DNA from: Rhina ancylostomus
Lineage: Eukaryota
Direction: 5' to 3'
Assembly: GCA_030265395.1 (NCBI GenBank)
Contig: JARFYF010000084.1
Span: 59,398,680-59,462,679, forward strand
DNA: 64,000 nucleotides
Shown here piece by piece: positions 50,370-63,990 of this stretch. The position numbers and the translations under genes are program-made. The stretch's first letter is position 1. Each line of letters starts with the position of its first letter. Under the pieces are notes generated by a model. The model searched no databases, was not told the DNA's origin, and saw only the letters and a list, made by a program, of their open reading frames with translations.

Positions 50370-51480
50370 TCTTTTACAAATCCTTGCCTTGCCTTTAACA
50401 TTTTGTTGACATCCTTTCTTCTGCAGGACCTTCCAGATTGCAACCATCCTCTGGGTGAAAAAAAATCTTTAGAATCCCTCTAATCCTCTTATACCTCATT
50501 ATTCCTGCTTTTTTTTTGCACTATTTATTCTCATAATATATAGTAATATTTCTGTCTTTGCACTGTACTGCTGCTGCAAAACAACACATTTCATGTCATA
50601 GTGATAATAATTTTTATTACATTTTTAATTTTATTATTATGTTAAAATTACATTTCATGTCAAAGTCAGTGATAATAAATCTGATTCTGATAAAACCTAT
50701 GCCCTTTGGTTTTAGATGTCTCCATTATAGGGAAGTTTCTCACTATCCACCCTATCTACACCCGTCGTAATTTGGTGTAGCTCTCACTAGGTACCCTTTC
50801 AGCCTCCTCCGCTCCAAGGAAAACAAACCCAGCCTATACAAGTCAATCTCCTCTGCACCCTCCAGTGCACTCTCATCCTTGTTAGAGTGTGGTGACCAGA
50901 ATTGCTCACAATGTTCCAGCTGTGGTCTAACCAAGGTTTTATAAAGTTGCATCATGACCTCTATGCTCTTATATTCTATACCCTAGCTAATAAAGGCCAG
51001 CATCCCATTTACTTTCTTCACCACTTTATCTACCTGTTCTGCTATCTTTAGGGATCCATGCAGCTGTACACCAAGGTGCCTCTGTTACTCAATACTCCCT
51101 ACCATTCATAGGTATGTCCTGCTCTTATTAGACCTCCCAAAATGTATCACCTTGCACTGATTGGGAATCAATTCCATTTGCCATTGTTCTGCCCAGGTTA
51201 CCAGCTAATCAATATCTTTCAATAAACTAGGTGTATTCTCTCCACTATCAACACCACCAATTTTCATGTCATCTGAAAATTTACTGATTGTAGTTCCTAT
51301 ATTCATATCCAAATTGTTAATGTCCAAATAGTAAGGGTCCCAGTACCAGTTCCTGTGGTACACTTATGGTCACAGGCTTCCAATCACAAAAGGCAACCCT
51401 TCACCATCACCTCTATTTCTTGCTATCAAGCCAATTTTGGATTCATTCAAATGTGCCCTGGATCCCATAAATACTATCTA
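50370..51480 (-). mobile_element. CR1 fragment with an internal LINE-tail insertion (~50510-50690)
   Basis: LYKTLVRPQLEHCEQFWSP..RLGLFSLERRRLKG. Confidence 0.85.
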
Positions 51481-52123
51481 TTGAATATTGTTTTATTCCT
51501 GATTACCAGACTGCAGAAGAACAATATCTTCTGTTCCTGGGATAAACAGCCCAGAAAATTTGCCATGTAGCGCTTTCAGAAGTCCCCAAAGTCATGGGTA
51601 GGGAGTTTCACACATGCTCAACAGTTCCAACATCCATGTGTAACTTACCCAGCTGGGGAAGGTCAGCAAAGAGGCATCCTTTATCCAGGCCAAAAGAGGT
51701 GGGTCTGTTCATAATTACACGAGGGATCTACAGCTGCTTGGGACTTTCACCTTCATCCCCTGCCCCTACAAGAAGTTTTAATCCCGAAGTTCATCAACTT
51801 CCATGGGGAAACCAACTGTACAAAACACCTACAACAAGAACACTAACTTGCTTATATTGCTGAACTTAAGAGTCAGGGGCAGCAGGAATATGAAGCAGGT
51901 TTATGAAAATGCTGTACTTTGGATTGAGAATAATGGTAAGGATAAATAGTGCACTAATTGTAACGGAGTAAATAGAACAGTAACTTCTGCAGTCCAGTCA
52001 TGCCGAGTTAAATGTGAAAATCCAGAAGGTGGATTGTTGCTCTACTCTGGGCTGCTGTACCAACATCTTAATAGATTCAGAATTCTATGGCTGTAATGAT
52101 GGAGGGGCAGTCATCGTTTGCCG

Positions 52124-52214
52124 TCATTGTACCATGCAGCTGACACCAACGTAGGATCTCTGTCCATGTAGCTGAGGTCCCGATGCTGTCAGAGACTCAG
52201 CATCCCCCCATATG
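52124..52214 (-). other. Candidate terminal exon downstream of MTRR
   Basis: Long polypyrimidine acceptor (ttctttttcccccactccaccattcgctttcag). The phase-2 frame reads IWGDAESLTASGPQLHGQRSYVGVSCMVQ*; the phase-1 frame reads YGGMLSL*. Confidence 0.4.
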
Positions 52215-54524
52215 CTGAAAGCGAATGGTGGAGTGGGGGAAAAGAAATCAGATGTTAAAATTAACAGAGTCTGTGGAAACAAAGAGCTTTGGGCAACTGC
52301 CCATCAATTGCCAGAAAATTTTAGAGCTTTGGGTTAGAAGGATGCAAGGATCCCTTTTGCCAGTTCTAAAATTTTAATTACGGTATCAGAAGATTATTAT
52401 GGATTGAAATCTTACAAATGTCAATGTAGTATCGAAGGATTGGATATTTTTTTTATTTACCTCGCATTTACATGATTTGTTAGTTTTAAATGTCTTTAAA
52501 TTTTTTGAATGTTTAATACTTTTCACATTAATGCAAATTTGCAACTTTATAATATTTTCATATTTTCCCATAACTCTGGAACTTAAACAAAACTCTTAAA
52601 AAAATAAAAAAATATAAGATTTTTTTAGGCAATTAAATATTTTCCTCTCCCTCAGCAATATTTCAGGCATTTATTTCCATCCTGTCAGCTTTGCCTTATC
52701 TTGGAGATGTACCTAGACTTCGATGTCCCATGTAATGCACCTTTTACCAGGAACAACTGTAAAATTTGTCAACTTTTTTGTCAAATTTACACTCAACAAA
52801 TTATCTGAAATTAGTGGGGAGCTTTTTATCTTGCTATAGGCTGCAAAACCTTGACTAAAGGTATGAAACATTGATGATTAGCCATTGGGAAATCATTAGA
52901 CTATACCGGTGAAAGGGTATTGTTCATAGCATGGTTAAGTGTTAATTATTGCTGATCAACCACTCTGGCAGTAAGTCTCATTCCTTCAGAATTTAATTAT
53001 TGCTTGAAATACAAAATATTATTTTTTCTGTCTTATTTCTCTCTCTTAATTCAACCATTCTTGCTGACTCTATCTCACTTTCTGCACATACTTAAATCTA
53101 ATTTATCCTTTCTGGCTTCAAGTCTGCAGCCCTGAGCCTCAAATTCCACTGGAAAATGTGAGTTGCAAACTGAAATGTGGGAATAAATTGGCCTGCAATG
53201 ACCTGGAGACTAAGGAGTTTGGGTCAACTGTGGGCTTCAGGGTGACAGGCGACGCAGTCACTCCAGCAGCCTGTAGATTACAATAAATGCTTCCTTTGAA
53301 CATCCCAACCTCTAAATAGATGGGCGCAAGAGTGGGTGGAGATAGAAGTATTATTGGATAGATTCTTCAGGCCAGAGCCCTTCTCCCCCTTCATGGCAGT
53401 CACTGGAGCAGCAGCCTTACTTTTAAGCCCACTCCCCCTGTTCCTGGTCAAGCTGAAAGCCCAGAGGGAGCAAAACCACCCTGGTATTATAAAAAGGAAG
53501 CCTTACCTCCACTTTCTGTACAAATCAGAGCAATACTTGCAGCTCAACTTTTCAATTTTCAGTGAGTGCAATGGGTTCTCCTCCAACTATATCACCAGGT
53601 TATTCCTGCTATCCTAACCTGGTTTCCTGTGTGCCGTGGTCATAGTGAGCAAGGTGCAAAGATCCACCTCAAACCTGGACGGCAAGCATCAGCAGAGTAT
53701 GGATTGCAGCCTTCTTTGCATAGTACCCACGTACAGAATTATAATGCAGCAATTGCAAGTCACAATTCAAATTCCCCACAAATTTGGATCTACAGCCCTG
53801 AAAAAGATGATAGCACCAGGTCATCTAATTCCTACACGTGACTCAGTGAAGATTTCTCAGTGTAGATCGGCTGAAGAGCCACATTGTGTCTTTACCTGCT
53901 CATGCATATCACATCTTTTCCACAGAAGGCAAAATGACATTGCTGCTGAAAAGCCAGTTTACATTATGTGGGTAGCTGTTCTTTAACTAATGAATGCAAA
54001 TTCCAGATTTGATATCAGTTTGAATCCTGAATTGCTTTTGTAGACTATGTATTGCTATTTTATTTCTAATCAGTAGAAGTTTTCCCATTCATGTCAATTT
54101 TTCTTGAGCTCATTAAGCTTTTTGCCCAACTTCCTTCATGACTGCAACATAACTTTCAAATATTCATGTGCAAAACTTGACATATGGTGACTACCTGAGT
54201 CCTAAAAGATTTTGAGTATAACATGCATATAAAAAAAAGCCTTCAAACATAAATGCACATCTTTCAACAAAAAGACTTTAACTCTTCCTTAGATGAATAC
54301 ACAGGAACATAGACCTAAAATTGAAATTGTTAACAAAAATCTGGGGAGTGAGGAGGCAAAAGCTTGAGAATTTCTTAATGTGATTATAAATCAATAGACC
54401 TTTATCATCTTTATGTTTTAAACTTCAAATTTTATGGTGAGGCATTGTATCCGCGTGTGCCTAGCTGCTTCAAAAGTAATGAAATAAGTTCATTTCCTTT
54501 GTTCAAGGACCACAAAAGGTTACA

Positions 54525-54825
54525 AATTGTGTAGCAGACTGTTACCTCACTGCTCCAGGGACCTGGGCTTAATTCTGATGTTTGGTGCTGTCCAAATGGA
54601 GTTTGCATATTCTCCTTGTAACTGCATGGATTCCCATAAATGCTCCAGTTTCCTCCAACATATGCTGGTAAATTATTGTAGATTACCCCTTGCATAGGTG
54701 CATGGCAGGAGTATCAGCGGAGAGCTGATGCAAGAGAAGGAAAGTAAGTGCAGGAATGGGGCTGATGGGAATGCTATGAGAGCCAGCATAGATTCATTGG
54801 GCCAAGTGACCTCCTACCTCACTAA
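54525..54825 (+). mobile_element. HE1-like SINE
   Basis: cctcactgctccagggacctgggcttaattc (B-box-like)..ggagtttgcatattctcc. Confidence 0.75.
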
Positions 54826-54849
54826 GAGAAATACTCTGAGAAATTTCAC

Positions 54850-56180
54850 AGATCACAGAAGTTAGATAGTAACGTTGTCCCCTTGTTCAAAAAGGGAGGT
54901 AGAGATAAGCCTGAAAAGTACAGGCCAGTGAGCCTTGCATCAGTGGTTGGGAAGTTGTTGGAGAAGCATAGTTTTAAGCAGGAGAGATAAAGCCCCACAA
55001 ATCTGATTGGGTTTTTTTGAGGAAGTGACTACGAAAATTGATGAAGTCTGAGCAGTATACATGGTTTACATGGAGTTCAGTAAGGCATTTAACAAGGCCC
55101 CACATGCCCAGAAGGTTAAGGCACAAGGAATCTTAAGCATGTTGGCAAACTGAATCCACAATTGGCTTGGTGATAGGAAGCAGAGAGCAATGGTGAATGG
55201 ATGTTTTTCTGACTGGAAATTGGTAACCAGTGGTGGACCACAGGGATCTGTGCTGGGATCTTTGTTGTTTGTAACATCTATAAATGACTTGGATGAAAAT
55301 TTAGGTGGACTGATAACACAAAAATTGATGGCATCGTAGATAGCGAAGGAGGTTATCTAAGGATACAGTGGGACATTGGTCGAAGTGGTAGCAGATGGAA
55401 TCTTATCCAGAGAAGTGCGAGGTAATACACTTTGGGGGGGTCAAATTCTGATGGGACAAAGAGTAAATGGAGCATTGATGCACAGAGATACCTTGGGGTG
55501 CAAGTCCACAGCATATGCTGAAAGTGGCAACACAGGTGGATAGGATAATAAAGGTGGCATTTGGTATACTTGTCTTCGTAGGCTGAGACATTGAGTTTAA
55601 CAGTTGGGATATCATGTTGTGGTACCCAAAACATTGGTTGGACTGCATTTGGAATAGTGTGTACAGTTATGGTTGCCACACTGCAGGAAGGGTGTGGTAG
55701 CAATAGAGAGAGCACAGAAGACATTCACCAGGACGTTGCCTGTAATTGGGGGCTACAGTTATAAGAGATTAGATAGACTGCATTTATTATCATTGGAACA
55801 TAGAAGGCTGAGGATTGACCTTACATAGGTTTATAAAATTATGAGGGGCATAGATAGGATATATAGTCAGAATCTTTTTCCCAGGGCAGGGGAGTCTAGA
55901 ACTAGATGGCACAGATTTAAGGTGAAATGAGAGAAATTTAACAGATACCCAAGTGGGATAGGTTTTTCCCATACAGAGTAGTAGTGGTTATCTGGAATAA
56001 GATGCCAGAGGAAGTGGTGGGCGCAGATACCATTACAATTTTTCAAAGGCATTTGGACAGGTACTTAGACAGGAAATGCATAGAGGGATACAGGCAAAGG
56101 GAATTAGCATTGATAAGCATCACACTTGGCATGGATGAGGTGAGCTGAAAGGGCCCCACTTCTGTGCTGTATGATTCTGT
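54850..56180 (+). mobile_element. CR1 RT-to-3' end fragment
   Basis: NVVPLFKKG..YRPVSLASVVGKLLE; SGGPQGSVLG; CR1 3' UTR. Confidence 0.9.
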
Positions 56181-56566
56181 GATAACATTGAGCCAGGTGG
56201 TGAAGGTGTAATGTCCTTGAGGTTTTTTTTAATGAAATCATGAAATGGATGAAAAAGAACAATTCAGTACACAAGTTAAAGGTGGAGAAAAATGACAGCA
56301 TGATGAATAAAATGGTAAAATGTGGGAAACCAATGGCCCATGACTATTCCTGAGAATTTCTAAAAATGAAACTTGCATATCATGGTATAAATGTACTGAA
56401 ACTGCTGGAGTCTTCAATTATAGCTCTGCATTGCCTATAACTAAACCTTACTAATGAAGGTTTCAAATGGCATATCTTAAAATTTGCATAAATATTACAC
56501 TTACACTGATTTTGTCAAATGTAGCATTAAGAGTTACACAAAGAAAAAGAAACTGCTGTTTTATAG

Positions 56567-56863
56567 GGTAGTCCATCAAAGAGCAGAAAATAATCACCGA
56601 CAGCAACTCTTAAAAGCAGTGTCTGCATTTGGCGGAGCATCCCGTGGAAAGATGTTTGACAAGCTTTTATCACTTGCTTCTGTCGGAATAATGTTCATCA
56701 AGAAGAGGGACATCGCCATTATCCTCAATTATTGTTTCTCACATGGAGCTGGGCTGAAAAAAATCCAGTCATTTTGCCTAAAAGAACATTGTCTTTCCAA
56801 CATTTCTTCCTAGATTTATCAAAGATTTAAAATTTCTCTGGTCTTTGCAAAAGATTAAATAAA
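56567..56863 (+). other. Candidate plus-strand terminal exon antisense to the MTRR 3' UTR
   Basis: Acceptor ctgttttatag, 81 open codons to TAG at 56813, AATAAA at 56858-56863. Confidence 0.3.
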
Positions 56864-56902
56864 AACACACAATTAGTTTTGAATCCTTCTCTCAAGAATC
56901 AT

Positions 56903-57047
56903 TTAACTCCAGACATCCTGCAGGTAGCGCTTCTCTTCACGAAGATTGGCTATAATTTTCATGGCTTCCAGAGTATTCACTCCCAACTTTTCGGATATAA
57001 TTTCAGTCAGAGTAGTGTTCACATCTTTAGCCATATTCTTGCCATCT
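56903..57047 (-). CDS. MTRR: Methionine synthase reductase, last coding exon (upstream exons not found in the window)
   Basis: Acceptor ttttattcttgcaacag, phase 2, translates (G)[47 protein letters not shown]. This matches the MTRR C-terminus [36 protein letters not shown]. Confidence 0.95.
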
Positions 57048-57169
57048 CTGTTGCAAGAATAAAAATAATNNNNNNNNNNNNNNNNNNNNNNNNNNNNNNN
57101 NNNNNNNNNNNNNNNNNNNNNNNNNNNNNNNNNNNNNNNNNNNNNNNNNNNNNNNNNNNNNNNNNNNNN

Positions 57170-57720
57170 GGGGGATCTCATTGAAACCTACCGAATATTG
57201 AACAGCCTGGATAGAGTGGACGTGGAGAGGATGTTTCCATTAGTGGGAGTGTCCAGGACCAGAGGGCACAGCCTCAGAATAGAAAGACATCCCTTCAGAA
57301 CATAGATGAGGAGGAATTTTTTTTATCCAGAGAGTGGTGAATCTGTGGAATTCATTGCCACAGACTACTGTGGAGGCCAAGTCATTGGATATCTTCAAAG
57401 TGGAGATTGATATGCTCTTGATTAGTAAGGGCGTGAAGGTTGTGGTGAGAAGGCTGGAGAATGGCGTTGAGAGGGAAAAATAAATCAGCCATGCATGAAT
57501 GGCGGAGCAGACTTGATGGGTCGAATAGCCCAATGAAGTGCTGCATACAATTTTGATCTCCTTGTTAATTAAGGGAATTACTTGCAGAGAAAGTTCACCA
57601 GGTTGATACTGGTATGAAGGGATTGCCTCATGAGAAAAAAATTAAATAGATTGTCCTATGTGTATGAGAGTTTTGAAGAATGAAAGGTGATCTTATTGAA
57701 ACATATAAAATTCTGAGGAT
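57170..57720 (+). mobile_element. CR1 3' fragments
   Basis: GDLIETYRIL..RRNFF..RVVNLWNSLP. Confidence 0.88.
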
Positions 57721-57729
57721 TAAATTTCA

Positions 57730-58520
57730 CATCTCATCTACTTTCAACACTTCACCTCTCACTCCTTCCCCTCCTGGACAGGGCAAGAACAGAGTACACT
57801 TGGTCCTTATCTTCCACCCTACAAGCCTTCACATTCAACAGGTTATCCTTCACAGTTTCTGCCAGCTCCAACAAGATCCCACCATCAGACATATTCCCTT
57901 CCCCTTTCAACATTTTGAAGGGATTGGTCCCTTCATGGTTCCCTGCACTGCTCATCGTTCCCTGCCTACTACTCCCTGTCTTATGACAGTTTCCTATGCA
58001 ACCACAGGAGGTGAAATACCTGTTTTATCACCACTTCCCACCCATCATCTAGGAACCCAGTCTTTCCAGGTAAGGCAGTGATTCAGTTGCATTTCTTACA
58101 ATATAGTGTTCTGCATTCAGTATTCACAAGGTGGCCTCCTCTATGCTGGAGAAACCAAATAGAAATTAGATGATTGCTATGTGGAGCATCTGCACTCAGT
58201 CTGTAGGAATGACCCTGAGCTTCCAGTTGCCTGCTACTTTAATTCACCATCCAACTCTCGTTGGATTCCCAAGTGGGAGAATCTGGAAGTTGAGAGCTTG
58301 ATTTCAGAATAAGGAGATTGCCTATTTAAGATGAGGAGCAACATTTCATCTTTCATCTGGGCATGCTGCAGACTGCAGGACTCAATGTGGAATTCTCCAG
58401 CTTTAGATTACTCACTTTTTCTTTCTGTTTACATCAGTACTGGCCATTTTTTTTATCCCTTTCATCCCTTTTCCCTTTTTTTTTCATTTGTACAGCCTGA
58501 CCTGCTGGGCATATCCCAGT
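57730..58520 (+). mobile_element. Penelope-like element fragment (RT C-terminus and GIY-YIG)
   Basis: NRVHLVLIFHPTSLHIQQVI; FQVRQ*FSC..VFCI..GLLYAGETK..LPVACYFNS. Confidence 0.8.
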
Positions 58521-58809
58521 AGAACAGACTAGACAGCATTACACAGACTTTCCAACAGTAGCAACACAGTACACAGACCAAGGAGCTCTACTGCCGCATT
58601 ATTTCACCATCTCTGAGTAATTCCCTTTGTTCCACTCATTACTCTCCCGTACCATCTCTGCAACCTGAACTAAGTTGTTTTTCTGCTTCTCAGTTCCGAT
58701 GAAGAAACCCAGACCTGAAACATTAAATATTTTTCTTTCCATTGAATCTGCTTGACCAACTAAGTTTTTCCAGCATTTTCTGTTTATGTTTAAAATTCTG
58801 TGGCAGTAC

Positions 58810-59145
58810 ACGGCAGGAGGAGGTTTCCCCATGTGGGAGAATCTGGAAGTAGGGAGCTTCATTTCAGAATACAGGGGTTGCCCATTTAGGATGAAAATGA
58901 GGAGGAATTCCTTAGCTGAAGAACCATGGGAATCTTTGGAATTCTCACTCCTGGGAGCTGTGCAGGCAGAGTCATGAGTGTATTCAAAGCTGAGGCAGAC
59001 AGTTCTGGGGATTACAGGGCACTCCAGCATTATGGGGAACAGACAGGAAAGTAGAAGTCAAAATCAGATAATCCATGATATTATTGAATGGCAGAGGAGG
59101 CTCAAGGGGAAATGCAGCCTGATCCTGCCCCTATTCTATTTAATT
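58810..59145 (+). mobile_element. CR1 3' fragment
   Basis: GCPFRMKMRRNS..LWNSHS motif; a ~70-bp sister copy lies at 58266-58334. Confidence 0.7.
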
Positions 59146-59789
59146 CCACTCAATTTCTATTTTTAAAAAAAAACTACATTTCTTTTGTAAGTGCATATGT
59201 GAAGAGCAATGCANNNNNNNNNNNNNNNNNNNNNNNNNNNNNNNNNNNNNNNNNNNNNNNNNCAGGTGCAATGAAAAACTTACTTGCAGCAGCATCACAG
59301 GCACATAGCATCATATAAGCAGCATTCACAAGAAAAACAGAAATTAAACTGTTAAACATAAATTAAAATGTAAACTGATAATTATGTTTTTAAAATATGA
59401 AAAGCTAAATTAAGTAAATTATTGGCTTTTAACTTTGGCTTTCTTTTCTGTGCAATCGACTAATTATCACTCCCTGTGTCCTCAATACTGTGAAGGTCCT
59501 TTCTCTTCCATTGATTGAATAAAGAAAAGTGACTGATCCTCCTCTGGTAAAGGGATGCAAGAAACACTCTCCTTCATGGTCAAACTCAACTGCTCCCAAT
59601 TGGATGAGGGGAAGGATGTTGTCACTAAGTGAACTGGCAGTGCTGATTTCTTTTTTTTGTTTACATTATTCCTGACCAAAATATTAGCCTCTTCTGGCAG
59701 AAAGTTGTTCATAGTAAATTGATTCCAATTAGTAGCGGTCTGTCTCTGTTAGGTGCAAAATGGCAGAGTTTGGTGGGCCTGTTTTTTAA

Positions 59790-60085
59790 AGCAATTAAAC
59801 AATGGATCAATGGATCCGTTGGAAAATTGGGCAGACTGATGAAATTTAATGCAGACGAGTGTAAGGAAAGGCACTTTGAGAAGTCAGCTTCTGGTTGGAC
59901 GTAGAGTAAATGGCAGGGACCTAAGGAACATTTAGGTACAGAGGGACATTTGGGTGCATATCCATAGCTCACTGGACAGGTACTTAGATAGGGAAGGATT
60001 GAGGGATATGGGCCTAATGCAGGCAAAATGGATTAGTGGGGTTAGCATCACAGTTGGCATGGATGAGGTGTATGATTCTATGAAT
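59790..60085 (+). mobile_element. Internally deleted CR1 fragment
   Basis: MKFNADEC..HF joined to DRYLDREGL and the 3' UTR. Confidence 0.7.
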
Positions 60086-62721
60086 GGAATGAAAATCCTA
60101 CCATTGTGTAATAAAGCCTTTACATACATCCTCACAACTACCATATACGTTTGATTCTCAGGAGTTGTTTTCTTTTCTATAATTTGTTATTTCATCATTC
60201 TTATTTCTCTGCCTGAGAAAATGTCCTGTTATTAGGCCATCACAGCTATCTGTCTGAATTGAGATTCTTTCACTGATGGTAGTTTTTTTTCTCTCTGGAG
60301 GGTTTCTGGATCCACAGACAGTTAGTGCAGAAGCACTGGAAAGAAAAGAAGAACTTTAAAGCAGTGACCTGGGAAAGTCAGACAGTAATAATCTCAACAG
60401 TTAACTAACAAGACAAAGCTCCAAACTAAGATTGCTTATGCACGTTGCAAATTGCTCACCTGCTTTCTTGCTGCAAGAAGTGTATAAAAATACAAGAAAT
60501 CAGTGCAGGAGTGCTCCCTCCTATACCAATCTGCTGCTTAGTAAAATCATGGCTGATACTTGAAAATCCACTATTCTGCCCAACCATCACATCCCCTGAT
60601 GTCCTGATGTTGAAGAATCCATCGAGCTAAGTGGAGAATATAGTATGTGATAATGCACTGCTGAACCACCAGAGTAGATAAGTACAAAGAATTACAGCAC
60701 CCTGATTCAACAACTTGCTCCTCATCTCAGCCGGATGTGACTAGCCCCTTACCCAAAGGTTTTGCCTTCATGTTTTAGAATCTTTGACCTTTAGGCATCA
60801 AATTCTCTCATAAACTTAAACATTTCCATGTAATTATTTATTCTTATAAATTCCATTGAGCATATGCCTATCTTAATCTCGCATGACATGAGATGAAAAG
60901 GGTTTAGGACTAGAATATATTAATTGATACTTCACAATAAATCTACTTCAAATGTGCTCATCAAAACTATTTAAAATACATACTGATTTTAGATAATGTA
61001 TCATCGCCTTTAAAGTAGCAATATACCAGATTTTCAAAATATAAAATGCTTTTTTGTCAATTATTGATTACATACTATTAAGTGTTTATTTTAATTACGT
61101 TAAATGTCAAGTTTATTTGTGGCAGTTGAATGCAATTAATTTGTGTCCTGGTGCACAGTTATCATTATAGACAAAAATAATTTACTAAATTCATTTGTGT
61201 TTATTTAATTGACATCATACAGAATATTTTAATTGAATTGTGCACCATCCTCAAAATGCTGTAAGTTAATATTGTAAAGTACAGTTGAATAATTTGCCTC
61301 AATGCTGAATTTCTATGTCCATGAATAATTGGCAGCCTAACTTTATATTAACATTTTAAAATTATCAGGTTGAGATGTAACTAAAATAGAAATATTTCCC
61401 AGCTATTGGTAGGTTGGGTGAAGGATAGATGCCCAGTATGAATATCATTTATTCATTGGTTCAATTAAATATTTAAAGTGTCATAAGGGGTCACAGAGAT
61501 GCTGAGTTAAACTTGTTGGATGGTAAGTTAATAAAATATAGAGAATTGTAATGATGGCCACATGAGTCCTCTGAAATACCATTTCATATATACTGGGTAG
61601 ATAAAACTTATTTTCATTCAGTCAAATAAAGGTATGCAGCAAAAATGTAGCAAAATGAAAATATTACATTTTCTTATTATGCTTCGTGACAGAAGAAGAA
61701 TTTTTAGTGTTCAAGATGCTGAATATGGAATTTATTTCAATCAGAAATAGCACCCCCATTTATCATTTGATTTCCTCCTGACAGGGAGATATTTAGCACT
61801 AACTCCAATTTTTGTTTTCTTTTTCCCAATTGCACAAGCTACAGAAAAACATTCTTGGATAAAATGAGATAAATGGCTGTGTGTTGTTGTGTATGATCAG
61901 TACAGTCTCTCTAGAGAAATTATTTACAGAAACCAAAACCAGGAGAGAAAACAGCAACAGATCATTGAGAAAGATACACGGCAGGGACAATTGAAAATAA
62001 CACTGCGTGCACTAATAGCTCTGTGATTGACAAAGCAGCCAGGCACACTTGATAGTAACAAAGCTTATGATATGAATCAGACTTGGAAAATTCTTTGCAA
62101 ATTTTGAAACCACAAAAGCAAAAAAGCCATAAATCTTGCAATTTTAAACCTCAACAGTTTTGAATTATATTTCAAATGGATTCAAATTGATCCAATTTAG
62201 GAATAAGTTCAAACTCATCTCTATTGTAGTTTTGAGAGGTAAATACTCTGGAGACACTTTGCCAGTTTCTTGCCTTTGGATGAATTTCAACTGTAAGTTA
62301 CATCGCACAGTTCACATTTATTTAACCTTTGGTATCAGTGTAAAAAGCAGGTGCTAAAATTTGGCTCCACCAACCAATCAGGCTATGCCTTAAGCTTTCG
62401 CATAGGCTCCTAAAATTAAGCTTACATTTTTAACTACAAGAATAGTAATCAACGTCAACATACTTAGTGAATAATTTTATTAAAAATAAGGTTACTCCAG
62501 GTGGTGAATGATAATAATTAGAGATGTCGGCAATCAATCTAGTTTCAGCCATATTACTTAAGCTAGTAAGTTAGCACTTCTAAATATATCAAGGAATACA
62601 TTTAATTTTTTAATTACATTTTATGGTGTTGGTTGATTGCATTGGTTCATGGAGGATTTTATATTTGGCACATGTGTGTGATTAGAAATAACATTAGGGC
62701 AATTTTGGATTGTATTTGCAC

Positions 62722-63073
62722 CTGGATAACAGATTGAACGCAAAGTAGAAACTCCAGGATGAATTCATAACTGCTTCTTATGCTTGTTGATACAGTTCTA
62801 TAGTATGACCCTTCTATTGTGAAAGTAGGCTTCCACTGAAACTGCATAGTGATTCCTAAGACCATTGACTAAACAGCATTCAGAAAATCCCTATAATTTT
62901 CTGTAGCTATTCTAAAAAAGTTCATCTCTAACTCTGCGAACTCCATATTTTCTCCAGTTCAATGGCATCGATTGCTCCTATAAGTGGATCCCCCATCTAC
63001 AATGGACTTGTATACTCCATGTCTGCCTACTAGCAATGGAACAGTGGAACTCGATAATGTAACATTAGGACAC
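62722..63073 (-). pseudogene. Decayed exon-like reading frame in an MTRR intron, unassigned
   Basis: ccag|..CAG|gtgcaa boundaries enclosing 117 codons with only two stops (CPNVTLSSSTVPLLVGRHGVYKSIVDG..H*..V*SMVLG..VIQ). Confidence 0.3.
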
Positions 63074-63599
63074 CTGGCAATTTAAGCCACTGCGCACAGA
63101 CGGATTGGTTTGCATTCCCTGAAATTCTCAGAATGCATGCAGGTAAAAGGACAACTACGTTGAGGAAAATCTATCAGTCACTTGCTGTCATTCCAAAACA
63201 AAGATTTTGTAACTTTTACCATGAACAACTGCAGTGCAAGCATTTTGTAGAATGAACATTGAGTAAAGAATTGTTGACAAACTGGGCACCTGAATGACTG
63301 ATAAAACTGTATTTAAATGTTACAGGAAAGGTAACTGAGAAGTCACCTACAATGGTTTGTGTTCACAATAATGAGTTAATGAAGCTAGAAGATAAATGGA
63401 TAATACTGAGTTTTTAAAAATTCTATTGAGGGGTTTGGATAGTTTCTTAAACTGGATATAAAGTATGGTATATTTAAGCTATAGAGCAAATTATTTATGG
63501 ATCATTATATAAATTGCTATTTAGTAGAGGTTTGCATTAAAACCCACTGATGCAGGGGGTGGAAATTGTTACTTATTTCAATGGTTCTTTTTCATTTCT

Positions 63600-63990
63600 T
63601 ACTTGTTTAAAGTGGAAAATGAGTTTCAGTTCTTTGGAATTTTTTCAGCATCCTTGATCCTCCAGCTTTTTACCACCTAAGTGATCTTTATTTATTTTAA
63701 TTCTGGTTTTTGAGCGCTTGGAAACTTAATTGCTCGCTCATTGACAGTCATGATATCAAGACCATAAATTCTCAAGCAGGTTCTGCATCTCCATATCTTT
63801 CTCTTTTCCATAAGAATTATGCTTAAAAGTTACCCTTTTGATGAAGCTTTTAGTCATCTGCCCTAAAGTCTTTGTATGTTGTGATATCTTTGTCCATTAA
63901 TCCTCCTGTGAGATTGGTTATGATCATTTTGTTCTGATAAATGTGCTGTAGTTGAGGTGATGAAGTGCATAGGAAGAGAAGGGTGCTTGT
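63600..63990 (+). mobile_element. L2 3' fragment
   Basis: gcttaaaagttaccc ttttgatgaagctttt agtcatctgccctaa, L2-like 3' sequence. Confidence 0.45.

Noticed and set aside
53507-53620. Minus-strand donor gag|gtaagg
   Set aside because: No convincing acceptor or recognisable peptide.
61799-61990. FSRE-containing ORF as the penultimate MTRR exon
   Set aside because: It lacks KYVQD and IYVCG; the real exon probably lies beyond the window.
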